Assembly: GCA_951406725.2 (NCBI GenBank) | Contig: OX597826.1 | Span: 78,430,001-78,494,000, forward strand | Source: Octopus vulgaris | Taxonomy: Eukaryota | Direction of reading: 5' to 3' | Length of the DNA: 64,000 bases | Shown here: positions 41,943-56,350 of the stretch, piece by piece | Position numbering within the stretch: the stretch's first letter is position 1 | Layout of the letters: each line of letters begins with the position of its first letter | Position numbers and translations under genes: made by a program | The notes under the pieces: model-generated | Databases searched by the model: none | What the model saw: only the letters and a program-made list of their open reading frames with translations | Told to the model about the DNA's origin: nothing

Positions 41943-42173
41943 AGAGAGGAGAAATGGAAAGACAGGAAAATACGTCAACAAGAAACTATGGCATTACAAC
42001 CAGCCAGGAACAGTCTTCGCTACATTTGCGGTACCTGCCAGAGGGAGTGTTTGTCCAGGATAGGACTATACAGCCACAGCAGGAAATGTATCAGGACATG
42101 AAATGTAAAAGCCGGACTAGACTACTTTATGCGCAACTCCATTGTCTCCCGAGACAAAAAGGATGCCAACAAT
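41943..42173 (+). mobile_element. RTE-clade LINE 3' end (copy 2, within the duplication)
   Basis: Same as copy 1, with one codon difference (KRR vs KIR). Confidence 0.8.
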
Positions 42174-42827
42174 ACACATATATATGCATACATATATACA
42201 CACATATATATATGTACAATATGTATATACATACATTCACACACATACATATATATAAATCATGTATGTATATATATATATAACTAACGTAGGATAAAAT
42301 TATTGTCTTTTTTTCGGCATATTTGGCATTAAAATTTTTCTTTTGCCCTTATATTGTAAATTATTTATAAATTTAACCTTTAGAGGTATTTTTTGATATA
42401 CTGGCCATTGATGAAATTTTTTTCCCGAAAAAAATTTTATCCTACATTAGTTATAAATTTGAATAGTGTTCACTTCCGGATTCTATCACTCTGTAAAAGT
42501 TTCTAGTTCGAATCACACGTGTCTCGAGATGTGCCGAAGATTTTCTATTTTGGATATATTTGGGGTACTTAGGTCTGCTCAGGACTTGGTGTTTGCTTTT
42601 TCCATGGGTATGAATAAGTATTTCACTTATATCTCGCGTATTTGCCGCTAAAGAGGAGAAAATTCTTATGAATTAACTCCGAAATTGGTCCAATACGGTA
42701 ATAACGAATTTTTTAGAATTTTCTATCGGTTTGTTTCGAGACGCATAAAATATAATGGTTAATTGACAATTTTTGTCTTTTTTTCGGCATATTTGGCATT
42801 AAAATTTGTCTTTTGCTCTTATCTTGT

Positions 42828-42884
<57 letters not shown>

Positions 42885-42887
<3 letters not shown>

Positions 42888-43350
42888 AACCGGTTTCTAA
42901 CCTAGATCCAAGGCTCCTTCATTGGAATTTTGACATCAACAACAGGATATTATTTTTGTATGTATGTATGTATGTATGTATGTATGTATGTATGTATGTA
43001 TGTATGTATGTATGTATGTATGTATGTATGTATGTATGTATGTATGTATGTGCAGATTTGTATGTTTTATGGATGTATACTCATGCATATAGTTGCATAT
43101 CTTGACATGCTCATACATATTTAAATGATAGACTTCTGGAGAGTTTTACATATTTTTGCAGTTCCATTGATGGATTGGATCTGCATTCTTCGAATTAGCT
43201 TTCCACTTTCTGGTTTTGAGAAGCCTAAATTCTCAAGATTGTTATAAAGGCAGTGTATTACATATCCCAAGGCCCCAATAATTACAGGTATAAACCTGAA
43301 CTTGTAATCTGCATAGAGTAACTGCATATTTCTCAATAGCTCAGCATAGC
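42885..43350 (-). mobile_element. Dong/R4-clade (restriction-like endonuclease) LINE 3' end with (CATA)n in the 3' UTR
   Basis: SYAELLRNMQLLYADYKFRFIPVIIGALGYV...NLENLGF...IQSINGTAKICKT matches the R4/Dong C-terminus pattern Y..L.R....IPIVIGALG...Q...LGTA.I. Confidence 0.75.
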
Positions 43351-43732
43351 TGTATGTATGAATCTATATACACTTTTCTGTGTATGTAGATATTGGCATA
43401 ATGTACACAGCCATCTATGCGTTGGTATGTTCGTACTTACGCATGCGCGGTGAAATGCCTTTTGTTTTTGTTGAACGCATTTCTTCTAGCTTTTCGTTTT
43501 GTTACAATCTTTCTCCTTTCATTTTTTTCCTCTGTATAACTCCTTCTTCGCCCTCCCCCTCTCTTACCCCCCCCCTCTGCCTTCATTCTGTTACGTTTCA
43601 TTTTCAATGTAAACCTATTTCTTATAAATCAGAACTTACCGAAACAATTTCCCTCCATCTTCCGCCATTTATGTTCTATCACCTCCTTCCGTCCATTCAT
43701 CTGTTTATCCAACTATTCATCTCTACATTGAG

Positions 43733-43838
<106 letters not shown>

Positions 43839-43881
43839 ATATCTATCTATCTACCTACCTATCTATCTATCTATCTTTCTT

Positions 43882-43928
<47 letters not shown>

Positions 43929-43970
43929 ATCTATCTATCTACCTACCTACCTACCTACCTACCTACCTAC

Positions 43971-44023
<53 letters not shown>

Positions 44024-44456
44024 AATCTCTCTCTATATATATATCTGTTCATTCATTACTATCTGAAATTTCTAGTTATGAATGTATACATCTATTTATC
44101 TATCTACCTAACTATCTATCAATCTATATACGTGTGTACGAAGATAGTCAGATACATAGACAGGCAGACACAGACGCACAGACAAATACATACATAGACG
44201 AATCAAAAGAGGTGTGTATGTGCGTGCGTACGTGCGCGCGCTGCGTATGTTTTTAACTGTCCATCTATCTACTTTCGCTAATTAGTTAGCTAGCAGTTTC
44301 ATCATCCAACCATCTATCGATTGATCTCTGTATTTTAACATCAAACAATTATAGGTAGAGATATGTGCGTGCATGTACATATGCATATACATATACGTGT
44401 GTGAGAGTCCGTGCATATGTGTGGTGTGTATGTATGCATATATATATACATATATG

Positions 44457-44498
<42 letters not shown>

Positions 44499-44535
44499 TA
44501 TATGTATATATGTATATATGTACATGCTTACGTAC

Positions 44536-44672
44536 TTCGATATTCGTTGATGATAACGAACGCCAGAAAATGTCCTCGTTACATGTATTCGAGTCTCTCC
44601 ATGACCATCCCCACCGCTATTCAGATGTCTTGTCATGCTGCACGTTTGACTCAGTGAGGAACCAGTTGGGAT
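44536..44672 (-). CDS. Candidate 137-nt exon ([45 protein letters not shown])
   Basis: Acceptor ccctacacacctttttccag| and donor gaa|gtacgt. The single open frame ends in phase 2. It is a unique island between microsatellites. Confidence 0.35.
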
Positions 44673-44728
44673 CTGGAAAAAGGTGTGTAGGGACGGAAAT
44701 ATAAGAGATAACTATAGATAAATAGATT

Positions 44729-44782
<54 letters not shown>

Positions 44783-44818
44783 CAGACAGGCATACATACA
44801 TAGATATTTATATATATG

Positions 44819-44858
<40 letters not shown>

Positions 44859-45073
44859 TCTGTGTGTGCCTGTATATATATGTATATATATGTGTGTGTA
44901 ATATGAACACATACATGCATAAATACAAACAGACACAGAAAGAGAGGAAGTGAGTGCGTGGGAGGAGAGAAGGAGATTCTGTTTCTGAATGAATCTCTCC
45001 TTTTAGTTACATTCAAAAATCATATATATGTGTGTGTGTCTGCGTGTGTGTGTGTGTGTGTGTGCTGTGTTGC

Positions 45074-45171
<98 letters not shown>

Positions 45172-45182
45172 GTATATACATG

Positions 45183-45224
<42 letters not shown>

Positions 45225-45570
45225 TACACACACATGCATCAGTCTTCATCGCCCTATGTCTTCCTCTTAGCCTCTCCATTTGTCTCACCTTCTTCTCCAT
45301 TTACGTATCTGTGTACAGAGTCCATTGCCCCCATTTTCCTATATATTTCGTTATCTATGTATCGTACCATAAATCTAGCCCCCTTTCGTTCTTACTTTCT
45401 CAATATTTATCGATCTATTGATCTGTCCACGTATCTGCCTATTTATCTACATACCGATATATCTATCTTGATACACATCTAAACATCTACGTGTAAATTT
45501 TTGTATTTGTTTATATTTCCATTTTCCCCTGCCGTTGTCCATCTATGTATGCATATAGGAGCATACGCAC

Positions 45571-45648
<78 letters not shown>

Positions 45649-45880
45649 AATATATATATATATATTTGTGTGTTTGTGTATAAATATATATCTACGCACA
45701 CATATTTATACATATATATAAAATAAATTTTACATCAATCTATTTATATCCATATCTCTTTCTGCCTATATATCTATGTATATTTCTATCTATCAGTCTC
45801 TCTGTCTGTCAAAGTACACATCGATATCTCTATCTATCCATTGCTCCATCCATCTACTATGCATCTATCTATATATCTAT

Positions 45881-46150
45881 CTATCCACATATCTTCCTAC
45901 TTCTCTATAACTCTTTATCCGTCAAGTATCTTTCTATCTATATATCTATATATCCACGTATCTTCCTACCTCTCTATATCTCTTTATCCGTCATGTATCT
46001 TTCTATCTATTTATCTATCTATCCACGTGTCTTCCTACCTCTCTACATCTCTTTATCCGTCATGTATCTTTCTATCTATTTATCTATCTATCCACGCGCT
46101 TCCTACCTCTCTACATCTCTTTATCCGTCATGTATCTTTCTATCTATTTT
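45881..46150. repeat. 69-bp minisatellite, ~4 copies
   Basis: atccacgtatcttcctacctctctatatctctttatccgtcatgtatctttctatctatttatctatct repeated. Confidence 0.9.
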
Positions 46151-46948
46151 TCTATCTTTCTATCTATTTATCTTCTATCTGAAATTTTCCCCGTTTATAC
46201 ATCTAACCACCCAGCAATAATGGAGTAAGCGATGCAAAGCACGGCTTAATGTCATTGAACATTGCTAGAAATTTCCTAAACCATTCTCAGATGCTGAAAT
46301 AAAAACGAGTATTTGTTATTCAGTTCAGGACCTATCAAAGAAATAAATAAATAAACTGATAAATAAATAATAAATCCCTTCACGAAAATCTAGCGCCATT
46401 TTGTTTCTTTGTTCTTTAAATCTTCTTTTTTTTTTCTTGTCTTGTTTTCTTTTTTTTTTTTCCTCGTGTTTATTTTTTATTTTTAGGGGTGGGGGAATTA
46501 TTCCTTTTCCTATTGAAAATCACATAGAAGATGCGATGTGGCGAAATTTCAATACGGAAATAATGTTGCTAGTATGGTTATTGGAATTCGATACAGACTG
46601 AGACAATACAATACACTGGCATACATACAAACACACACACATACATACATACATACATACATACATACACACAGACATATGTACATACATACATACATAC
46701 ATACATGCATACATACATACACACAGACATACATATATACATACATACATACATACATACATACATACATACATACATACATGCATACATGCATACATAC
46801 ATACACACAGACATATGTACATATTGTATGAATGTACAAAGATATATATATATGCATACATATATATATATGGACATATATACATACATTTGTGTGTGTA
46901 TATTTATATATATATATATATATACACGCACACGTATACACGCACACG

Positions 46949-46980
<32 letters not shown>

Positions 46981-48349
46981 TGTATGAAAGTATAAAGATA
47001 TATATGTATATGCATATATATATATATATATACGTATGTATATGCACTCATTCATAGATGTAAACGCATGTTTACACAGACAGATGTACCCATACATTCG
47101 CTCACACACAATCACACACACATACACATAAACACAATACCAACAGGTACTGTTAGGCTACTATTCGTACACCGTTGTACACATACAACTTCGTACCCCT
47201 TCTTGGCCCATTCATAAATGCACTCCCAAACCCACCTGGAACCATGCACATATCCATCCACCCACAAGTATATACCTATACCTATATTTATATCTTTGTC
47301 AATGTGACTGGGTGAATCTGATCCGTGAGTGCTGTATCTGCGTTTATATTGTGTATCGTCGTATTTTATACATGGCAGATGTCTACCAGTGCGCTCATAA
47401 AAGCTTCTCTGTTGCTTATTTGCTGACTAACGTTTTTTTTATTCCTAAATTGCCGAGTTAACTGCGTGGGATTGCTGTGGATCGGTTCGTTTCACGTTTT
47501 GTGTAAATGAAAACGAGTTTGTTTTTTTCTGTATGATATGCATGTGTATATGGGAAAGAATAGGACATTGGAACAAAGTGGTATGGATGGGGATAAGAGA
47601 AAATGTAAAGGGAGCAGAAATGTTTTAAGAAGAACAAAAATACCTTGCAAATTTTTTTTTTTGAAAGACTCGAAAGAAAAAGAGAGAAAGAAAGATGGAG
47701 ATGCAGAAAGGAGAGAACCAACCAATTTGACTGTAAATGACATTTGGAATGCGGAAAGTGATTGGTAAATAGCATATTGAAGGGAAATCGTGTAAATAAT
47801 TGAATATACATACATACATACATACATACATGCATACATACATACATACATACATACATACATACATACATACATACATACATACATACATACATACATA
47901 CATACATAGATGTATGTATATATATATACAATTCGTTATGATATGTCGTTTGCGTCTGATGAATATGTTTGAGATATTTCTCAGCATATGAAACTATTAG
48001 TAGCACTTGAAGACATATACCGTATCCTTTAAATAAATTATATATATATATAGGTGCAAGCGTGGCTGGACCTCTTCCTGTCGAGATTCCCAGATGAACT
48101 TACCTCACGGCAAGAGGTGCAAATGAGGGTAGCTACATCAAACTCCATTCTTTACCAAGTGCCACATATTGGAGGAGGCTCTCAGTAACAACAGTGTAGC
48201 AAAACGGCAGTGCATCAGCATGGCCGCAGCTCTGAGCTGAAACTACAATAAAAAAAATATCAGTTGAGAAATAAAGAAGGATTTGTTCCATTCCTTGATA
48301 TGCGACAGGATTTTCCTTTTCACTTAATATATATATAGGTCTCTTCACT

Positions 48350-48687
48350 CATTAGCTTCTCGCAAAATAAAATGGCGTCGCTTCCACATCCGCCCTATTT
48401 AGCCCTAGGTTTAGTACCCTGTGGACTTCCATCTCTTCCCACACGATGAAAATGCAGCTCAAAGGTCTGCGTTTTAACACCGTTGTCGAGATCCAGAGCG
48501 AATCGCAGAAGGTCCTCAACTCATTCACAGAAAACTACTTCCAGGCCGGATTTCAAAGGTAGCAGGAACGCTGGGACCGGTGTAATGCTGCGCAAGGTGA
48601 CTATTTCGAAGGAGATGATGTAAAAACTTATTTTTTATTAAACATAACTAGTCTGGGAACCTTTTGATATCTTGATATCACCTCGTA
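48350..48687 (+). mobile_element. Mariner transposon 3' end (transposase C-terminus plus TIR)
   Basis: MASLPHPPY...DFHLFP..MKMQLKGLRFNTVVEIQSESQKVL...QERWDRCNAAQGDYFEGD (degenerate YSPDLAPxD, frameshifted). Ends cacctcg|TA. Confidence 0.85.
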
Positions 48688-48950
48688 TATATATATATAT
48701 ATATATATACGGGTTTGAGTTAGGTGTAAGCTCTTTATTTGAGAGATTGATTATTTTAATTACCTGTGGTTTCTTTTGTTTCTCCGTTGCCATCGTCTAT
48801 CCCTGTCACTTTCACGATTACAGCCAACGATTCTAGTCAACGCACAAGATAGCCATTATGCTCCTGCCCACAAAACACCACCACGTGGACTCTGTTGAGA
48901 CTAGTAAGAAACAATAATGAACTTTTTTATTACACTTGACTTTTAAAAAT

Positions 48951-48998
48951 ATTTTTGATAAGGTTCGTTTTTTCAAGAAGAACCGAAACATGTAAAAT
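48951..48998 (+). ncRNA. Minimal type I hammerhead-ribozyme-like fold, U3-A8 variant
   Basis: Stem I AUUU/AAAU; core UUGAUAA; stem II GGUUC/GAACC; GAAA; palindromic tetraloop CAUG; UA cleavage site. Confidence 0.5.
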
Positions 48999-49074
48999 CT
49001 CTAACAAAATTAAAATTGATCTTATATAGTGGCGTTTTCAAACTTCTTTTTTATAAATATAAATATATATATAT

Positions 49075-49280
49075 AAATTTAATCCAAACAAGAAAGCACA
49101 AAAAAACACAACAACGCGAGGACGTGGAACAAATATAGTATTATTGGACGCTCAGGAAAGACGGAAAGAGGGAGGGTTTAACGTTTCGAGCGGAGCTCTT
49201 CGTCGGAAACATAGGAGAAGGAAAGATCCAGAGAAGGGAAGACAGAGGAAAAAATTCGCCAACGGTACACACGCGTCATA
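49075..49280 (-). mobile_element. Penelope-like pseudo-LTR fragment containing a minimal hammerhead (49176-49210)
   Basis: Minus strand reads GUUU-CCGACGA-A-GAGC-UCC-GCUC-GAAA-CG-UU-AAAC in a pyrimidine-rich segment abutting an AT-rich (TA)n-like run. Confidence 0.55.
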
Positions 49281-49330
49281 TGTTGAATGACCGGAAAGAA
49301 ATGGGTGATATATATATATACATACATACA

Positions 49331-49365
<35 letters not shown>

Positions 49366-49479
49366 TATATATATATACACACATATATATAATGCATATA
49401 TACATATATACATTATATATATATATAAATATATATGCATTCATGTATGTATGTATGTATGTATGTATGTATGCATGTA

Positions 49480-49528
<49 letters not shown>

Positions 49529-50191
49529 TATAGAGACATATTTATCTATACTAAGGTCGGGAAACAGAATGTCAGTGAGAGAGGTAAGTGTGTTTCGACG
49601 CATGAACGAGGGAATAAATCGTGAATCCAAGCCGTGGATTTAGTCAAGCTACCTGTAGTTGCATACATCTATCTTTCTACCTTTCTATTGAACTGTTATA
49701 AATGAGCGTGTATATATAAATATATGCACGTGTGTGTGTATGTGTGTGCGTGCGTGCGTGTGTGTGTGCGTGTTGTTATATCAATATTTGCACGCTTGCA
49801 GAACATTTTGTAATTAATTCTCATTTGCCGTTCTTGTAATGTCATTACTCCTAATGGGATTGTGTTTTGGTCAGCTAATTATCTTTTAAATGACGTTTTT
49901 CACAAAAACAAATTACACACAGCGAAAACCCTAACTGTAACCCTTAAGTTTCAAATGCAACATCCATGAGAAACGAATTTAATATTTCTGTGTAATATTC
50001 CGTATCCTTTTGTTGTGTGAGGTGTGTGCCCCGTTTTTTTTTTTTACGATCTTTAATCATACAGAGAAATTCAATAACCGTAGTCGTTTTCGGAATGTCT
50101 TTTATCATACATACACACAAACTCACACAAACACACAAAAATACTATATATACATACGAACACATATATACATGCATACATACATATATAT

Positions 50192-50227
<36 letters not shown>

Positions 50228-50689
50228 TATGATAACATATTATATTAATGTAATACTATTAATGAAAGCTATTATTGAATGCGTGAGATATTAATCAAAT
50301 CACTATTAGAAGAGAATATTTTCTGATAATAATTCAATTATCATTATTACTATTACTGCTTCTAAGTAAATTGTGCTGAACACGGGCTGCGAGTGTGTTG
50401 AAGAAATTGATGACTGTTTTCCCATTTCGGGAGGGCTTGCAATGTTGTTTTTTTTAAACTTCTGCGAGTGATTTTATTGCTGCATTGACTCAGAGACCCC
50501 CCCCCCCTAAAGAGCCATTTCTGTTTTACATGCATTCTAAACAAACCCTCAACGACCAAGAAGTAACAGGTATGTCAACAGGCAAATGAACACGCAAATT
50601 CCTAGCAAATAGAACAGTAACCAGGGAACTACAATAACCACAACAAAAGCAAAATATTAACAAAAAGCATCAGATAGAGAAACAACCAG

Positions 50690-51380
50690 ACCCGCCGGAA
50701 GAAGCAGAAACCTTCTTAAGTATATTGTTATCAGACGGAAGTTTGATTTTCAAGCGAGTCCAAACAAAGTTAGACAAACACGGTGGGCTTCAACGATTTT
50801 CTCTCATGTCAAAAGGAATACTAGGCATATTTCTGGTGAGGGCTCACGTCAGATGACCCCAAACATTGAATGAATAAATCCCCAATATTACATAGCAATC
50901 ATAACCTGGTTGAGAGAGAGCAGTAAACATCCAGTGTCGGTAGAGCTTTGTAAAGAGCCAATGATAAAGAAAACACAGAGATGAAGTTAAGGCCACAGAT
51001 TAGAAAAAGACGATTAGGAAAGCCTTCGCCATCGACGTGCCAGAGGCGAAACTGGCGTTCCCGTTTGATCGACGAGAAACATGATTGCTGCACTGTTGGG
51101 ACTAAGGCGCATGCGCTGAAATGCGGGAGAGAAAACGACGTTCGATGGATTCAGGTGGAAGGGGTTCGATTTACAACAAATCTTTGATGTGAGGTGGACC
51201 ACGATGGGGCCATACTGACCAATAGTCCCGCCCACCACCACCGCAGGCAAATGAGCCAGAAATACAGAGGAAGTAAGGAACAAGATACGGTGGATTTCGA
51301 TTATTACCTTGACAGCCTGCCATTGCTCTCGCTGTACGGAGTGTTGTACCGCGAAAAGCCAATCACCATATCTAAGAAAG
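50690..51380 (+). pseudogene. Possible degenerate retroelement ORF1-like remnant
   Basis: GC-balanced, coding-like island with broken frames (KAFAIDVPEAKLAFPFDRR; RWKGFDL); family not certain. Confidence 0.2.
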
Positions 51381-51400
51381 GGCAAATACTCAACAGTGTG

Positions 51401-51478
<78 letters not shown>

Positions 51479-52261
51479 TGTGTGTGTCTGTGTCTGTGTC
51501 TGTGTCTGTGTGTGTATGTGTGTGAGTGTCTTTTTTCTATTGTTTAGAATTCTGCTGAGAAGTAGAGAGTTGTTTTCTGATAACGAAACAAAAGCCCATC
51601 GCTTGTATTTGCATAATAACAGTAATTACTCCGTATTGAACTTTATACAATTCTTGCATATATTTATCGTTCCTCTTGCCGATTGTTTCTATATTGAGCG
51701 TGTTAGCCGGTCTCTTTCTTTCCCTGAAAATCCTGAATTTTACTAAAATAGCCAATTGGATCAATAATAATTCGTATAAATGTGAATCTATAATCAAAAT
51801 AGATGAGCACCTTGTCACTGATTTTGGAAGAGAAGTTCACGTCTGCAGGGCAGCTAATCTCTTTGACTCTATTTGGTTTTTATATCTTTTAGTCCCAAAA
51901 AACTATCTTCATGAAATTATCTTTGACCATATTCAAAATTTTGAAGGGAACCTTCCACCAATATTCCTACTGTTCAAAGGAACTGCTTATATCTGGCGCT
52001 TTACTATGACTCCAAATCTTGTGCCAGATGTGGTCCTTCTGTCAAATGAAGACGGTTTCATCCTGGTTCAGCAGAAAATTTAACTTAACTGAATGTCATT
52101 GGAGATTATTTCCAGTTCAATTGTTCAATCGACATAAAGTGCAGACTGACCACTCCTTGAAATAGCATTCGATATTGAATTTAAGACGAATCGATAAAGC
52201 ATACATACATACATACATACATACATACATACATACATACATACATACATACATACATGAA

Positions 52262-52296
<35 letters not shown>

Positions 52297-52472
52297 GCTT
52301 TCGGTGCGAATGGTTTTGTTATACGGTGCCGTATTTTACAATCTTGTAAATAATAATGATGGTATTTTTATATAAGCTTATGGCGATCACCATACACAGA
52401 TTAAGGAAAATAGTCTAATAACGGGGTATATAAGCCCTCGACAGAAAAAAGAAGGCTTTTCTATCCGCGTCC

Positions 52473-52900
<428 letters not shown>

Positions 52901-52906
52901 ATGAAC

Positions 52907-53264
52907 AGTAATGATAAAAATAATCCTTGGATGACTTCATAAATATTTTAATGCGTCGCTACACGCGTTTCCACAAATCAAATGTCTCTTAAAATCACAC
53001 TCCGTATCCCTGAGATGATTACGGCATGGCCCGTAGTATCCGTGGGCATAGGGTAGATCATCTTCATGGATTCATTTCTTCCGGCGATTTCTTCATATTA
53101 CCTGAAGAAATGAATCCATGATACTCAAATATACTATGGACTACACTATAATGATCCTCGGAATACGGACTGTGATCATAAGACACATGCGATTTGAGGA
53201 AACGCGCGTAGTGACTCATTAAAATATTTATGAAGTCCTTCCAAGAATTATTGCTATTATTACT
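52907..53264. mobile_element. ~360-bp imperfect palindrome (foldback/MITE-like)
   Basis: Left arm aataatccttggatgacttcataaatatttttaatgcgtcgctacacgcgtttccacaaatc pairs with right arm gatttgaggaaacgcgcgtagtgactcattaaaatatttatgaagtccttccaagaattatt. There is a perfect 18-bp inner stem. Confidence 0.8.
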
Positions 53265-53418
53265 ATATCTATCTTACATTATATCGATACATTTCGGTGC
53301 AACCCAAAATAACTGGTTCACCAGTCAGAATCATTAGACTGTGGCCAGCATAATGGAATACCAGCTTTATTTTCGTATTCAAAACGCTTCCTGTTAACAA
53401 ATTTAATATACATACAGG

Positions 53419-53467
<49 letters not shown>

Positions 53468-53562
53468 ACATATATATATATATACTGAAAAAGCATATTA
53501 CTCTACCACTGGTATTTGAGTACTCTTTTTTCCACCTTGTTTCACATTTATGTGTTTACTCC

Positions 53563-53599
<37 letters not shown>

Positions 53600-53733
53600 G
53601 TATATATATACATATATATATATATATACATATATATACATATATATATAAATACTTACATATATATATACATATATGTATATATACATATATATACATA
53701 CATGTATGTATGTATGTATATATATATATATAT

Positions 53734-53811
<78 letters not shown>

Positions 53812-54370
53812 ATGTATGTATTATCTTTGTCGTCAGCATTGTTGTTACAGTTATGGAGCGCCGGTTGGTCCGGAGCCAACAGACTTAATTCAACAGACAT
53901 TCCAAATGGTAGTACTTTGTATCATTCACAAACCTAAACTATCTACGACTAAAATGCTTCCAACCATCTTTTCCCTTCAGTATTTTCGAGAGGGACGTGG
54001 GGGATGGAGTCCTTCGACACCTCCTCCATACGACCCTATCGGAATCAAACGTCGTTGCGTTTTTCGGGTTGGAATCCAAAGTGTCACCAAGAATACATAT
54101 GCACCCTTACGATTACACGCTGGCACGATGTTATTTTAGGGACGTTTTGCTCTCTATTTTTAGCAGAGCAAACGAATACGTGAAGGCTCGTGACTCCGTT
54201 TTGTTCTTATTGTTGTTGCTGGCATCTTATTTTTCTCTTATTTCTCGTTTAGCTTTTTGTTTAATTAAAAACCTTGGCTGTTTTGTGGTTACTATTGAAG
54301 CAAAGATAATCAAAATATATAAAGAAAAAAGTAAATTGCTCCCAAGTGGCCTTTGTTTGCTTCTCTCTCG

Positions 54371-54414
<44 letters not shown>

Positions 54415-54653
54415 TGAAACCATAATCTAAGTGTGTTGAGTAAACCAAGATGCAACAAGCTTCTGTCAATGTTCCTTGGCTGGAGAACGAGAACATTGCA
54501 AACATAGGACACATCTGCTGTTGGTTGTTCCAAATTTGTCATCCATCCGGACATACATACAGCAAGTGAGGGAGAGAGAAAGAGAGAGAAGAGCAGAGAG
54601 GGAGACCGCGAGGGAGAGAGACAGAGAAACAAAAAGAAATACAGAAGGAGAGT

Positions 54654-54689
<36 letters not shown>

Positions 54690-54808
54690 GAGGAAAAACA
54701 GAGAGAGCTGATTGTGTAAGGATGGCCTGGTGGTGGTGCTGCTGTTGTCTTCCATAGGTAAATATTACACACACAAACACACACACATATAGACAAATAC
54801 TTAAGCAT

Positions 54809-54843
<35 letters not shown>

Positions 54844-55123
54844 GTATGTTTGTGCATGGGTATGTATACACATATTTATATATGTACACATATATATATA
54901 TATACACATATATATATATACACACACACATATATATATGTATATACATATATATATACACACATACATATATATACAAATATGTATATATATATATATA
55001 TATACACACATACATACATATAAAAGTATATATATATATATATATATACTCACATTACATGTATGTGTGTACACAAGAATATATATATATATACGTATAC
55101 ATATGTCCACTCACACAAACACC

Positions 55124-55172
<49 letters not shown>

Positions 55173-55363
55173 GAGCCTGTGTACATATATATGTATGTAT
55201 ATATATATAACATTTAGAGAGGGAGGTACAAACACACTCACACACATAAAAACAAGGGTATAAATAGCGTACTCTGCGATCCTGGTTGCTTAATCAAAAC
55301 TTACTATACTAGCCTCATTATATAGCATTTATATATGATACACCTACATTTATACACACATAC

Positions 55364-55720
55364 ACACACATAAATAAATATATTATATATATATAGAGAG
55401 AGAGAGACATAGATAGACATATAGAAATATGTATATAAATAAATATATATATATATATATATACATATATGTGAGTGTGTATGTATAGTCATGTATACCC
55501 ACACATACCTATGTCTCTCTCTCTCTATGTGTGAGTGGGTATACATGACTATACATACGCACACACATAAATAAATATATTATATATATATAGAGAGAGA
55601 GAGAGACATAGATAGACATATAGAAATATGTATATAAATACATATATATATACATATATGTGTGTGTGTATGTATAGTCATGTATACCCACACATACGTA
55701 TGTCTCTCTCTTTCTCTCTA
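55364..55720. repeat. ~160-bp direct duplication joined by an inverted copy of its own 3' part
   Basis: 55364-55525 matches 55561-55720. 55479-55502 is the exact reverse complement of 55535-55558. Confidence 0.9.
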
Positions 55721-55885
55721 TGTTTATCTGTAAGGGTGGGAGTGTCTCATGATGATCGCGTAGGTGAGACATTAAATGCGTGCGAGTGTATAAACAGCAA
55801 CGATGATATCCCACCAATATATTCATATTGTCGCGCGCGCGCGTGTGTGGTATGTATATGTGTGTATACATATGTATGTATATAC

Positions 55886-55921
<36 letters not shown>

Positions 55922-55944
55922 GTATATATATATGTATATATGTA

Positions 55945-55982
<38 letters not shown>

Positions 55983-55986
55983 GGTA

Positions 55987-56024
<38 letters not shown>

Positions 56025-56042
56025 TATATATGTATATAGGTA

Positions 56043-56124
<82 letters not shown>

Positions 56125-56281
56125 TATTATATGTACGTATTTCAATGTGTTTCTATGTATATAAATGTACTGATGTATACATGTGTCTTACGTAAACATA
56201 TTCACATATATATATATATATATATTTGAAAACAAATATATATAAATACATGTATGTATTATATGTGTATATATGTATACA

Positions 56282-56350
<69 letters not shown>

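Larger units (their letters stand above)
40640..42579. repeat. ~0.96-kb near-identical tandem duplication (40640-41617 / 41618-42579)
   Basis: Duplicated ORFs at an offset of 958 nt. The centre is almost identical, while indels cluster at the unit ends. A third ~60-bp partial copy lies at ~42772-42835. Confidence 0.95.

Noticed and set aside
51676-52083. 135-aa ORF in unique sequence
   Set aside because: Non-ATG start, no recognisable domain or splice signals.
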